This document shows, piece by piece, positions 12,470-25,139 of a stretch of 64,000 nt of DNA. Origin of the DNA: Eledone cirrhosa. Lineage: Eukaryota. The DNA is taken from contig OZ024740.1 in the NCBI GenBank assembly GCA_964016885.1, positions 200,012,001 through 200,076,000 on the forward strand. The letters are read 5' to 3'. The notes under the pieces were generated by a model. The model ran no database searches, had not been told where the DNA came from, and was given only the letters and a program-made list of their open reading frames with translations. The translations under genes and the position numbers were made by a program. Each line of letters begins with the position of its first letter. Positions within the stretch are counted from its first letter, which is position 1.

Positions 12470-13360
12470 ACCTAGGCTGAGATCAAACAGCTATAAAGGA
12501 AACGTCGTGGGTGGGGGTAACTCGGCTGGAGATGATGGAATACAGACCGAGGTGTTCAAATATGGAGGCAACGTACTCAAAGCGTGAACTATTAAATTTG
12601 TCATTTTGATTTAGGTGGGATGTAAAGATGCGTCTATTACCCATATATTTAAACGAAAAGCGGGAAAAGGATTATGTGACAATCATTGTGTAGATCTTAT
12701 ATCTATGCAGCCCTGAGAGAAACTATTCTTGTTTCAGTTATTCTCAACAGAATATTAATTCATCTGGTAGGTCAATTTTATCCCGAAAACTAGTGTAGAG
12801 AAGATATGGGAGAAGAATAGTGGATTGTTTATAATATATGAAATTTAGCAAATGCTTTTGATTCAAGCAATGGTGAATCTTTGTGGGCAGTCGTAAACAG
12901 GATTTGTATTCTTAGTAAGATGCTCAAATGTTATACCTTTCCATGAAACATGCAAGTTTCTGTTTGTCAGATGACAGGAGATCAAATCATTTTCGTGTAA
13001 AGAATGAGACAAAGAAAGGGTGGTACGTAATAGCCCTTGTTGTGTTTGCTATGTACTTTCTTTGATTTTAGATTATTATAACAATTATATTTTGTTTAAC
13101 TTTAGAACTCCAGCTGAGCTATTTTATCACCATAAAATTAATTCGAAAATCCTTACTGAGACGAAAATGAATTTAGACTTAATTTTTGCAGATGAAATGG
13201 CCTTTGTATATAATTATTTCCTGATATTAACAGTTTTCACTTGCGGCAAAAGTGTTTGGCCTAACGAACGTGAGGTTAAAGGCAGAGGTTATGTAGCACC
13301 TAAACCTATTCAAAGAAGAAGTGCAACAATACCAAGTCAAATTCTTCAGCACAACAAACC
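12470..13360 (+). pseudogene. Degenerate RTE-clade LINE RT remnant
   Basis: SAGDDGIQTEVFKYGG, KDASITHIFKRKAGKGLCDNH, ANAFDS and DLIFADEMAF (LFADD-type catalytic motif); frameshifted. Confidence 0.7.
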
Positions 13361-14210
13361 TTAAAATGTATTATGTACTTCCAAACCTTGGAAAGTAAAA
13401 TCAATTCTAATGCTTCCTTAGAAAATGGAATAGAGAATATTTTCATAAATATTGTGATTGTCGCCCATGACATAGCAAAGCGGGATGTCTTAGAGTATTC
13501 TTAGAAGTGTTGCCAAAAGGTGTAATCTTATTTCGTAGACTTCGGAAAATCACACGTACACGTTCCGCAGGAATTGTTAAGGAAGCTTCTGCAGGAATAT
13601 TAGATCAACATTTTGTTGTCTTTAATTCCCTATATAAATGCCCTATGGTGATAAGTGCGTCAACGTGTTTATATGAATATAAACACAAGTGCGTCAACTT
13701 GTGTTTATATTCATGAAGATAATTGATTTGCGTAGCGCGGTGGGAAGTCGTATCAAAAGTGCTGGAAGTAGGGACGCTGGCTGTAATTTACAGTGTCTTT
13801 GCCTATATGTGGTGTTACACCGAATTAGGTGGAGGGGTTCAAGTAACTTGGGTACATTTTACCGAGAGTTGGAATGCTTGACGCTGAATTAAACATAGGA
13901 ATTGCTGGATCTTGAAAGGGTGCACTCCAGATAGAAACTTTACGTTTCTTCACCGAGAGATCAAAGCCTTCGGTATTACGGACTTATATTTAGAATGCCC
14001 TAACTTAGAATCACTAGACCGACTTTACCTGCGAAACCATCCGGCTATAAACCCAAATGTAGTCAACAATTAAGATTGTTAGATGACATTCATGAACTTG
14101 GTTGGTCTTGTTATCAGGAGACGTTATCCTCTGATAGAATCCTCCTGAGAACTTTTCTTCCCGGGAATAAGTGGGCAAAAAAGAGAATGTTATATATTCA
14201 TGTGGACAAA

Positions 14211-14256
<46 letters not shown>

Positions 14257-14283
14257 TGATACCTCCCATCATTAAAACATCCA

Positions 14284-14375
14284 TTATTCTGATGAGATAT
14301 TGCTTCCGGATTCGGGCCGGTCAATACATCCGAAACGTTGAGCTGATCAATTGCGAAACGCGCGTCGCTCCCGAA
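14284..14375 (+). ncRNA. Two adjacent hammerhead-like cores
   Basis: CTGATGA-stem II-GAAACGTTG, then gag-CTGATCA-attgc-GAAACGCGCGTC-gctc. Confidence 0.5.
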
Positions 14376-14721
14376 TATACTTAATGATAATAATCTGACA
14401 TCTCATTCATACTTATTAATAATTATTGATTATCAATATCCTAAGGAGATTACGCAATAACGATTGCCTAAACTAAAAAAAATGATCTTTTTTCCGGTCG
14501 TCCACACGTCTAGAAACACTTCTTGAGTAAATACAAAGCTCCAGATTGAATGACTTTAACATTCTAATACTCTGATCAACTCGAATATTTTATTCCGGAC
14601 ATTCGCAGTTACCTCCCTTACACCGTTTGACCATGGGATTCTATCGCCTAGGAGAAGTGACCATTTCTGCGCAAGTGTATTCATACGATAGTTTTTACTT
14701 TTCCGTACAACTCAACTCAGC

Positions 14722-14862
14722 CCGAGCTGAAGATTCAGTTAAGGTGAAGCATTTGTTCTCGGTATGGTGAACTAAATGTTTTGGGACTACTTCTGCCAAA
14801 CACGTCTCATGGACTGAGTGCTCTACTACTACGGATATATCCCTCCAGTGTTCTACTATTAT
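14722..14862 (+). mobile_element. Hammerhead plus tail (PLE pLTR-like 3' end) ending in (TA)n
   Basis: ccgag-CTGAAGA-ttcagttaaggt-GAAG-catttg-TT-ctcgg (14722-14762); tail motif ctca-tggac-tgag-tgctc at 14806-14823. Confidence 0.65.
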
Positions 14863-15559
14863 ATATATATATTTATTAAATTAACAGATTAAAGTTTAAG
14901 CAAAGAATCGCTGCTTTCACCTTTAACGGGATCTTCTGAAACGAAAACATTCAATCTGTGAACGCAGAAGTAAATATTTAGAAAATGTTGCAACCGAAGG
15001 AAAACAGGAAGACAATACTTTGGTTCGTGAAGACGCTCCCTGCCAATATAAGGGATAACAAAATATCGTTATAGGTAATCCAGTTAGAGGTTGTGAATAT
15101 TAATTTATTATTAATATTATTATTGATGATGTAATTTGAATTTGTAAATTTGCCGGTTATATATATATTTTGTAACAGTTTCTGATAATCTGATTGAGCT
15201 AGCATCGTATTTGAAATTGAGTGGCACTGCTTCTAGTGTTCAGCAATTTTTAGACAACTTAATCAGAGAAACAATTGTCAGACTGTAAATAAATCCCCTT
15301 TTTTCTGTACTGTTGACCATGTTATTTTTCACTTTTTCAATGTTATTACTCCAAGATAAACTTACATAGGAATACAAGTCAAATCATAAACTCGTCATCT
15401 ACGTAAACTTCTTGTTGAGTCAAACAACGCCGTACGCTAAAACTATCCATAATAAGAGGTATTCACAACCTCTAACTGAATTACCTATAACGATATTTTG
15501 TTATCCCTTATACCAAGCTCCCATTAGGTTGAGCAATTATTTGAACGCACGGCACTAAC

Positions 15560-17810
15560 ATGGAAAAAGACTACATAGGAATGTTCTTAAAAAACATACC
15601 TATACCTACAAATAAGGAATATATGCTCGGTATGATACAAAGAACTATTGACTTTATCCGTAGAATCAGATGGAAAGCATATCATTACGATAAAGGACAT
15701 AATAATAATGATAGAAATAATGGGTCTACCAGTGAAAAATATGGGTTTAGATCCTGCAAAACTCCACCGAGCAACCCACAAATTGATGCCTTTGAACTTG
15801 ACCTCATGAACATGATAAAAGAAACTAAATTCAAAAAACGAACACATCATAACAAACTGCAAAATAACATCAATGAACTACTAAAAAAATTACGTAACAC
15901 CAACGGTATTATAGTAAATGCAGACAAAACATCAAATGTATATACCATGATCCTTAATACATACAACAACTTTATACGCCGAGAATTACATAAAAAATAC
16001 GAAAAGACTACAGAGTCTACACTCAATAGCATTAACAAGGAAGGTCTTAACATAGTAAAAAATGTTAAAATATCTGTATGAACCGAACCTTTAACTCCTT
16101 GTAAACCCACTTTTAATCAGAAGCATCATAAATGTAACTTCGAAACTAACCCTACTATTAGATTAATATGTCGTTCAAAGTCAAATAGAGGCAGAAATAG
16201 TAAGTTTATACTAGATAGAATAATGCCACAAATTAAAGAAAAACTAATAATTACTGGGGTAACACTAATGAAGCAATAGATTGGTTTAATAAATTAGACA
16301 ATAGAGAATCTTCCGACTTTATACAATTTGACATAAATGACTACTACTCTTCGATTTCCCCGGTAACCCTAAATAAGGCACTATCCTTTGCACACAAAAA
16401 CTCAGACCTATCACCAGAGGAAATTAAAATAATACTAGCTGCTAGAAGAACAATCATTAGATTCGACAATAGTTACTGGGAAAGAAAAAAATAGACAGAA
16501 TAGCCTCGATATAACTGTGGGATCAAATGATCCAGCCCAAGTTACAGACATTGTCGGAATTTATATAGGGAATTTGATAACTTACAAGGTGGAATTTATA
16601 GAGACGATACACTACTTTTAGCTAAAAACCTAAATAATCAAAACTTAGAAAGATTAAGGAAAAAGATTAGAACATTATTTAATAATTTATGCCTTAACAT
16701 CACTTTTGAACTCAACTCTAAAAATGTTTTCTTCTTAGATGTATCGCTCAATCTTAAAACAGGACTAATAGAACCCTTCCATAAAAATAATGAAAATTTA
16801 GCTTACATTGATTATAACATTAATCACCTCGATCCAAAATTAACTCGATAGTACATAGTATATCCCTTCGAATCTCGCGCATATCTTCTAACCTAGAGAT
16901 TTTTAACGAACATGCTAACTACTACAACATAGCTTTACTTAAGGCAGGCCATAAAGAGATACTCAAATACACACCAACCAGATACAAAAAATAACAACAC
17001 ACTTAATATTAATAACACTATCCACACCTATAGAAGCAACAATTCTAGGACTAAACATAGAAATTGGCAACAAGCACGTAAATTAATTGAACAGTGTACT
17101 AATATAAAGGCCACTAATAACTATAGAAGATGCAAAGATAGAAACTACTTATGGTTCAATCCAGTGTTTAACTCCTCTATAAATACAAAACTACTTTACA
17201 CTTTCTTCAAATTTGTTGACACATACTTCCCTAAAATTCATAAATATCATAAAATCTTTAATAGAAAAACTATCAAACTATCATACTCCACTGCCAACAT
17301 CATAGAATCACACATACATAAAATTATCTATAAAAGAATTTATAATGCAAGTAGCCCGTAAATAAGTACCATAACACCAAATACAAAACATAAGCTTAAA
17401 ACATCATCACAACCAAACACATGTCTGAACACATCAGCACAATACATCAACAAACCCAATTCTCAGCCCGTACAAGGCAACCTACAAAACCATATCGAAG
17501 AACCGGTGCGAATAGAAAATCATCTAAATGTAACTGTCATCTACCTGACAAATGCCCATTACAAAATAGGTGCCTAGAGACAAATATAGTATACCTATGT
17601 ACTATAAATTCAGGTAGCTTAGCATGGGATTACATTGGCTCCACAGCTGAGGAGTTTAAGAAAAGGTGGTACGTCCATAGACACTATAATTAACAGGAAC
17701 TTCTTAAATACAACGACTCTCGCCAATAAAATCTGGCAACTCAAGGATGCAAACATGGAATATAAAATCAGCTGGACGAAGCTATCAAAAGCAACGGCCT
17801 ATCAAATTGT
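15560..17810 (+). pseudogene. Penelope-like retroelement ORF (RT, Cys-rich linker, GIY-YIG endonuclease), frameshifted
   Basis: LKNIPIP..IRWKAY N-terminus; FIQFDINDYYSSI; DITVGS; GIYRDD; FLDVSLNL; WFNP; CNC..KCPLQNRCLETNIVY..DYIGST..FKKRW..H. Confidence 0.9.
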
Positions 17811-17816
17811 TATGTC

Positions 17817-18540
17817 CCACTTATCTCCCTTTGTTTGTTGAAAAAGGAAGTAAGCTGACAGATCTCTGTTTAATACTGTTGGTATTCCTCATAGCTTAGC
17901 ACTCCCCTTGTTTGTTGAAAATTATGAATGTTGGATTCTTATAGAATTCCAGTAATAATCAGGAACTGATTATACAGAACGGCACATAGCAAAAATTGAA
18001 AATTAGAATTGGTGCTCTGAAATAACGATATATATATATATATATATATGAATGTATATATAGCGTATTTTGCAATATACCGTATGCTTAATTTGTTTGT
18101 TGAAAAAAGAAGTAAGTGGCATAGTCAATACTTTAAAACAATAGCCTAAGGTCTTCAAAATGCTTTTAGTTAAGCAGACAGTGTATTGCAAAATACACTA
18201 TATATACATTCATATATATATCGCTATTTCAGAGCACCAATTCTAATTTTTCAATTTTTGCTGGACCGGCAACCGCTCTGTATAATCAGTTCCTGATTAT
18301 TACTGTAATTCTATAAGAATCCAACATTCATAATTTTCAACAAACAAGGGGAGTGCTAAGCTCTGAGGAATACCAACAGTATGAAACAACTTATCTCCCT
18401 TTCTTTGTTGAAAAAAGAAGTAAGTGACATAGTGACTACTTTAAAACAATAGCGTAAGGTCTTCAAAGTGCTTTTAATTAAGCATACATTGTATCGCAAA
18501 ATACACTATATATACATTCATATATATATATATATATATA
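17817..18540 (+). mobile_element. Rearranged pLTR-like element with inverted and direct repeats and a degenerate hammerhead
   Basis: 17868-18078 pairs with 18183-18388; 18093-18215 repeats at 18405-18530; CTGAGGA-atac-caaca-gtat-GAAA at 18363-18386. Confidence 0.65.
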
Positions 18541-19339
18541 TATGGGGGGGGTGCGTGTGTGTACTTGAACGCATTCGCATTTACAAAGTAAAATATATCC
18601 AATATATATTCATATAATTGTTTTCGTTATTTCTACTTTTTTAAGAAGAGATCTAATGATTTATTATCCTTCATAATTATTTAGTTCTTTAAAGTAAACA
18701 AACAACTGTATACTACGAAAGCTATATTTCATATAGTCCCTATCGCCAAACATTGAGACAATTAACCACAAACTCATATTCTGAACAAATATATAATAAA
18801 CAAATTTATAATGAAAGACAAAGATTTTCCCCAGCAAAAACAATGTTCTTTAATTGGATTCGTTGAATGAACAAAAACAAACTACAAATAAATATGAAAA
18901 TGCCAACCAAGAAAGGATGTAAAGGCAAAATCCAATTATGAAATTATTATATAATACATAGAATGGACATTTTATGATGACGTTATTCAGACAACAATGT
19001 ACAAGGTATATATTTCAAGTGAAAACTATAAAAAATATAGAGAGAATCAATTAATAAAAACGGGTAAAACACTGGCAAAAAATACAAAGCAGAAGCCCGA
19101 TCAAGTCCATTTAAGAATGTATTCTGTCAGCCATTTTGAAAATAATAGAACGGAAAAGCTTTCGTTTTGTCTTTTAATGTCTTGTCTGAAAGTGTTATTT
19201 ATTGTTAGTTTAATAAGTGTTAAGATGATATTTATTTCCTGAGGGTAGAAGAATTACTGGTGATAAATCTTTTTATCAATTGTTTTATCGCCAACTTTTA
19301 TTAGCTATCTTAAACTAACATGTATATATAGAGAGGGTC

Positions 19340-19700
19340 TGCGGTATTGTGAAGTTGTGTGGTTTAGTGTTAAGCACGTTGGATTCTTAAGCTTACAGTT
19401 TTGAGTTCAGTTCCTGTATTACGTGGCACATTTGATTATTTAATGCATTTACTTCCAATCCGGTCAAATGGAGACAAATGAATTGCGACGACAGATTTGC
19501 TAAGTTCCATCAACATTTACATTTCCTTTCGATGATATCGTACTCAACGAGAGGGAGAATTGCATTCAAACATAACTGCTAGTGTTTCACAAATTCACCA
19601 GGTGCAGGCTTGTAACTCAGAGAGGTAACTTCATGATAAGTCAGTCATAGCTACAAAGCCCATGGCCATGAAGATCATGTCATTGTGAAATTAATTCCAC
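19340..19700 (+). mobile_element. Diverged tRNA-head SINE
   Basis: A-box-like gtggtttagtgttaag and B-box-like gagttcagttcc; similar decayed copies near 44690-45000, 45580-45900 and 46210-46350. Confidence 0.45.
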
Positions 19701-19897
19701 TTCCTCAACTTCTGCTAACATTTTGACTAGACGTAGCCTGAGAAAATTACTTGAAGTTATTTCGAATAGAGGAAGAACACGGAAATTTTATTGAAAAATG
19801 TGTCAGTATATTTTTATTTAAAGTTCATGAAACGCAGTTAGTACTAATTCAAATTATGAAAAACACAGGTTGAAGCAAACTTTACCATCTCTGTTGC

Positions 19898-19930
<33 letters not shown>

Positions 19931-19956
19931 TTGTGTGTGTGTGTGGGGGGGGGGGT

Positions 19957-20012
<56 letters not shown>

Positions 20013-21464
20013 GTGTATATGTATGTGTGTCTTTTTGTGTGTACATATATATGTATATGAAGTCTGTTGGGGCCCACTTTCGTAACCTTCAGGTACAAAT
20101 TGGAACATCTGCAAAAGAATTGCATTCGAAGATGTTTACATGCAATGAAATATATTAAACGTGTATATAATGTGTATGAATGAGTTATAACAATATGTTC
20201 TCTGAAATGGCAAATTAGAATCTGTCCTAGGTCTTCCACAGAAAAAAGTATATAAAGATTGCTAATTAAATTTGAAACCTACATCTGTACATTTTTATGT
20301 AAAGGTGATAAAATCAATGAAATACCTATAACTTGGTATAGTAATCGATAGAGTAGATACGAGAAAAATGAAATTCTATACTGTAGTTATTTCCGTATTT
20401 TTTCATGACATCTTCAGGCATTTTCAGGTTAGTTACCATTCTACCGTCGCAAGAAACTTAAATGTTGCAGTACTAAAAGTTATTTGTCACGCTCTTAGCA
20501 AAAATGACAATATTCACCCGAACTATTTTCTTTTTCTCTCTATTTTCCCATTTGACAACAGCAGTTTTCTGATTCATTCCTTTTGAATAGTCAGAATGCC
20601 CAGGAGGGCTTTTAATCTGAAACATGATATATTACAACTAATCTACTACGGAAAAGCATGTGGATAAAAAGTACACGGATGAAAACTAATAAAAAATAAC
20701 AATATTTTGCATTGTGAATGTTCGTTAAAATAACGAAAAAAGATCATTTATTTTTCAGGCATGTTTTTATCTATTAGTAGACGTGTTATCGCATGGCATT
20801 AATAACTGGGTATCATTATGGCTGCAAGCAAAGTAAAATGGGCATGTAGAAGAACAGAAGGTTGATAAAATGTTAACTAACTATGAATTTAAATACATAA
20901 TATAGATTTCAATTAATATTGAGATTAAATATATAGTAAAGTTTTCACTTAAAACAGGGCAATGATATTTTTTAACCTTAGATATAATGCTCTGCGTTAT
21001 TCCATTCGGCTCTGCACTCTTAGTTAAACATCCACTAAGTCCAAAGTGGTCTTTCATCCTTTTGAGGTAGATAAATAATCGATATTTCCAGTCGATTCTT
21101 CAATATCTCTTTCTCACTTCATCTCTATCACTCTCGCTTTCTCCATCTAGAAGAAATTGGGTTTAACGCTGGAGAGAGGATAGTCGCTGCCAGGTTTGTA
21201 AAATAGCCTTGACATGCCGTATGTCAATACGGCGCCCTTCCAACTACTCCAGGAGTTATGGGACCATACAATACAACGTTTCCACTACGTTTCTATTGAA
21301 TTTGTATGTATTTCAATGATTCACTTTTAAACTTATTGTAAAGTTTTCGACTAAGATTAAGTTTAAACAAAGGCGATTTTGTTGTGTCAGATTTCACAAT
21401 CTATTTCGTCTGATGATTTATAATTCTGCCAGACTTGTTCCCATGCTAGATACTTTTCCTGAAT

Positions 21465-21639
21465 TAGCGTATTTCGCGGCGTTAAGGACGCTACGTTTTT
21501 CCCAAAATAATTCGCAAAAATCTACCATGCGTCCTGGAGGCCGAAGGTTGTTTATTATTTTTTTTTTCAAATTTTTGGTTGTCAAAATTAGGGTGCGTCC
21601 TCGAGGACGAAGCGTCTTTCCGGGCTGGCAAATACGGTA
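21465..21639. mobile_element. Tc2/pogo-type MITE
   Basis: Imperfect TIRs ta-gcgtatttcgcggcgttaaggacgc and gcgtctttccgggctggcaaatacgg-ta; TA flanks; internal gcgtcct repeats. Confidence 0.5.
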
Positions 21640-23711
21640 ATCCGAATAAATGAAATACAAATATGTCCTTAGAGGGATAATTCAAGGAATTCGTCACAGT
21701 GTAATTCGTGGAATTCGTGAGGCAAGGAAGTTTAGATGAATAAAATGGCACCAGATGTCATAAAAAACATTATACTTATCTTAGTTACTAATTCACACGT
21801 GTATAGAAGACTGTGGACACATATGGGTGGGTTTCTATATACGTATTATTTCTGCCCTTAGTTGAATTAAATGTTCTAACATTAACGCTCATCTTTCGCC
21901 AGCCAAACTTCAAGTCTTCTCTGAACGCTTGGATAATAATTCCTTCTATCTTGTTTATAACTACTACAATTATTGTGTTCTATCAAAATCGTTTACTTGT
22001 TCCTTCTTTGAAATAATAGTCGAACTACTCAATCTCATCATTTCACCGTGGTTATCTTTTCTTATTAAGAATCGTTTCTAATCTAATCGTTTCTATCCTG
22101 GCGTTTGGCAATTATTTCAGTCTCCTTGTTTTCACTTCATCCTTTTAAAACCATCTGCCATTTCAAGAACATCATTTCATAAGATTTTTTTCTCTGTTCA
22201 TTTATAATTGGAAATTGCGTTATCACAAGTTACTTGGTGTCTTGTTGAAGGTAACAACCATCGAAGAAAATGAAATTGTTGATGTGGAAGACAACTTTGT
22301 AATTCAAAAGCATGTTTTGTCTATATTATTACGCTGAGGATAATGAGAGCATGGAGGTGATGCAGTTTCTCGATAATCTTCTTTAATTACTACTACCGAA
22401 CTTCATTTACGACTACATTAGAATGGTTGTGGAATTATTTTTTTTCATTTACATGCTGTGACGTCTAAATTAGTGTTTTCCCTACATCTTGTCCAGGAGA
22501 TTGTTTCAGTCGTGAAATATTAACTGAAGAGCATTCATATTCTCCCTCAAGTAGGGTCACAATCATTTGCGCCATCTTTAAGAAGAGAAACATTTTTAAC
22601 CACTTTCCTCATTTATTTTTCACCATTTTACTATTCTACTTTCAACCCGTTTCTACTTTATCGTTTCTCCTCATATTTTCCTACTGCCCTTTTCTCAATC
22701 CCTTTAGTCACGAATAGAACAAGAATAAACATCGGTGCTATTAACAAGAAACATTTTAAGATTACTTCAAAACATTTTGAATATTGTCAATTATAATGTT
22801 GCCTATTTTATTTATTCTCGTAGCAGAAATATATAAAGAAGAAAGAAGAGAAAACTTAGATGTCAAGGCGTTACATCACATCAATTATAATGGTTGTTTT
22901 TATAGTTATACATTATATTCCTATCTCTAATAAGATTTCATAGCTTATGTTTTTTTTTTCTAAATTGTAATATTCTCCAATATTCTATTTAAAGACGCCT
23001 TCCATTAGAGTTGATGATTTAATCCGACATTCTAGTATCACATAATTAAAATGTAATTTTTGTTCGTAGCCAATCACAGATTTTGTTTGAGAAAAACGAA
23101 AAACATTTTTGAAATAAACATGGCCCATTCATGTTTCCATTTCTCGTGGAATCTAAATTTTATGTCTATGTGTGTTTAGTTTATTGGAAATGTAGTCATT
23201 TATATTATTCGCGCAATAGGCATTTTATCCCGCTTCCACGCTAGCAAGTGTTAAACAATTTATCATAGTCCGAAACGAAAGAAATTGGAGAAATCATATT
23301 TTGCTCATCGTCTTAACGCCGATCAACCTACATTATAGTACCAGGTGCGTTATATCATGACAGGAGCACTACCAATTTACAAAGTGTCGTAAATACATTT
23401 TATCGTGGCATCAGCAATAGAAAGGACCCCATATGCTCTGATATAGAAAAGATACCACTCTTTTATAAAAATATGAAATAATACAATAACCGCACATTAA
23501 TACGTGGAGATTCTGAAATCAATAGCTTATGAATACCAGACGTGAAATACCACATCGGCAACAAGATCCATATTGACATACAATGCTTATACTATTGAAC
23601 CAATAGTAACTAAAAGTTACACACCAATAAATTATATATAAACATTTATACATATATATATATACACACACATATATATATATATATACATATATACATA
23701 TATATAAATAT

Positions 23712-23910
23712 ATAACGAAGGAAATGTGGTAAGGAACCAGGGGACCATAACGCACCAAAGTACTCAATACTTAGGGTAGTAGAGTGGGTAATAGGAACAA
23801 GTAGGACACCGACGGCTGAGCTCAAGCCGTTTCGACGGCTAATTCTGCACAGAGTCCAGAATTAGCCGTCGAAACGGCTTGAGCTCAGCCGTCAGGGTCT
23901 TACTCATTCC

Positions 23911-23912
<2 letters not shown>
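23712..23912 (-). mobile_element. Short fold-back element keeping only the hammerhead 3' half
   Basis: Arms 23792-23847 and 23857-23912; GAAA-cggct-tgagctc-agccg-TC; tail with cactc..gtattgagtact on minus strand. Confidence 0.7.
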
Positions 23913-23954
<42 letters not shown>

Positions 23955-24017
23955 TATATATACATATAAACATACACATATATATACATATATACATACA
24001 CACACACACACACACAG

Positions 24018-24069
<52 letters not shown>

Positions 24070-24102
24070 CATATATGTAAACACACACACACACGCATAT
24101 AT

Positions 24103-24174
<72 letters not shown>

Positions 24175-24820
24175 GGGGGGGAGATAAATAACAATTAAAT
24201 TGACCCTATATGCTTGTATGCTCTAAAAAATAAATAGAATGATGTGCGATACAATATAGTGCTACATATACAATGAAGACTATAGTTACTGTAAAGACCG
24301 CGGTTTCAATATACATCTGAGATATTAATGTCAACTCAAGATGCTTCCTGTTAGATGGTATGATAAATATGTTATGGGTTTTTTCTGTGTTAACTTCACT
24401 TCTTGTAGTACTAATTAACTAATTGCATTGGAATGAACTGGCGTCTGTTGTCACGATGAATGAACCAGTTGTTCGATGTACGGATAAGACGGCACTAGAA
24501 ATCAGCATGTAAGTAGCTGATTATTCAAACAACTCGTTTACTCTTAACGTTACTTTCGGGGATATTCAAGGCAACACAATGTGTGAATTGCAGGTTAAGT
24601 CCATCCATATCTTTTAAATCTATCCAATTACACTCACATGACATGAATCGCTCCGAGGCTATATTAAAAGACACTTGCTCAAGATAACATACAGTGGGTT
24701 TTAACTCGGGACCAAATGATTACGAAACTCTTTCCACATTGACAACATTTAATGTCTGAAGCTACATCCATACAACCACTCATGTCATAATGCAGAGACA
24801 TATACAGATATGCAAGCAGG

Positions 24821-24855
<35 letters not shown>

Positions 24856-25139
24856 TTATCTATCAAATCTAGCTGTCGTCTGTTCTACAGCGTAGATGTA
24901 ATTCACTTCGCGCAGAAGTTTTGTTCCAATTTATTGCGGAAATTTTGTAAGTTCAATTTTAATTTTGATACTATTGTGTAGCTTGACCCCCCCCCCCCCC
25001 CCCCGTCTGACTGTAAGGCGGTGGGTCAGCTCATCTTCGCCCCTGCCAGGGGTGAAAAACCTGTTTTAAAAAATGTTGTGGCATCAAATTTCAATCGTCT
25101 GACAGAAATGTTAAACGAAGCTAACGAAAATAGTGGTGA

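Noticed and set aside
13700-13900. Possible RTE endonuclease N-terminus (..RIRWRGSS)
   Set aside because: Too degenerate to support
20375-20425. Minus-strand CTGAAGA..GAAA hammerhead candidate (similar weak case at 23524-23560)
   Set aside because: Stems I and II do not pair convincingly
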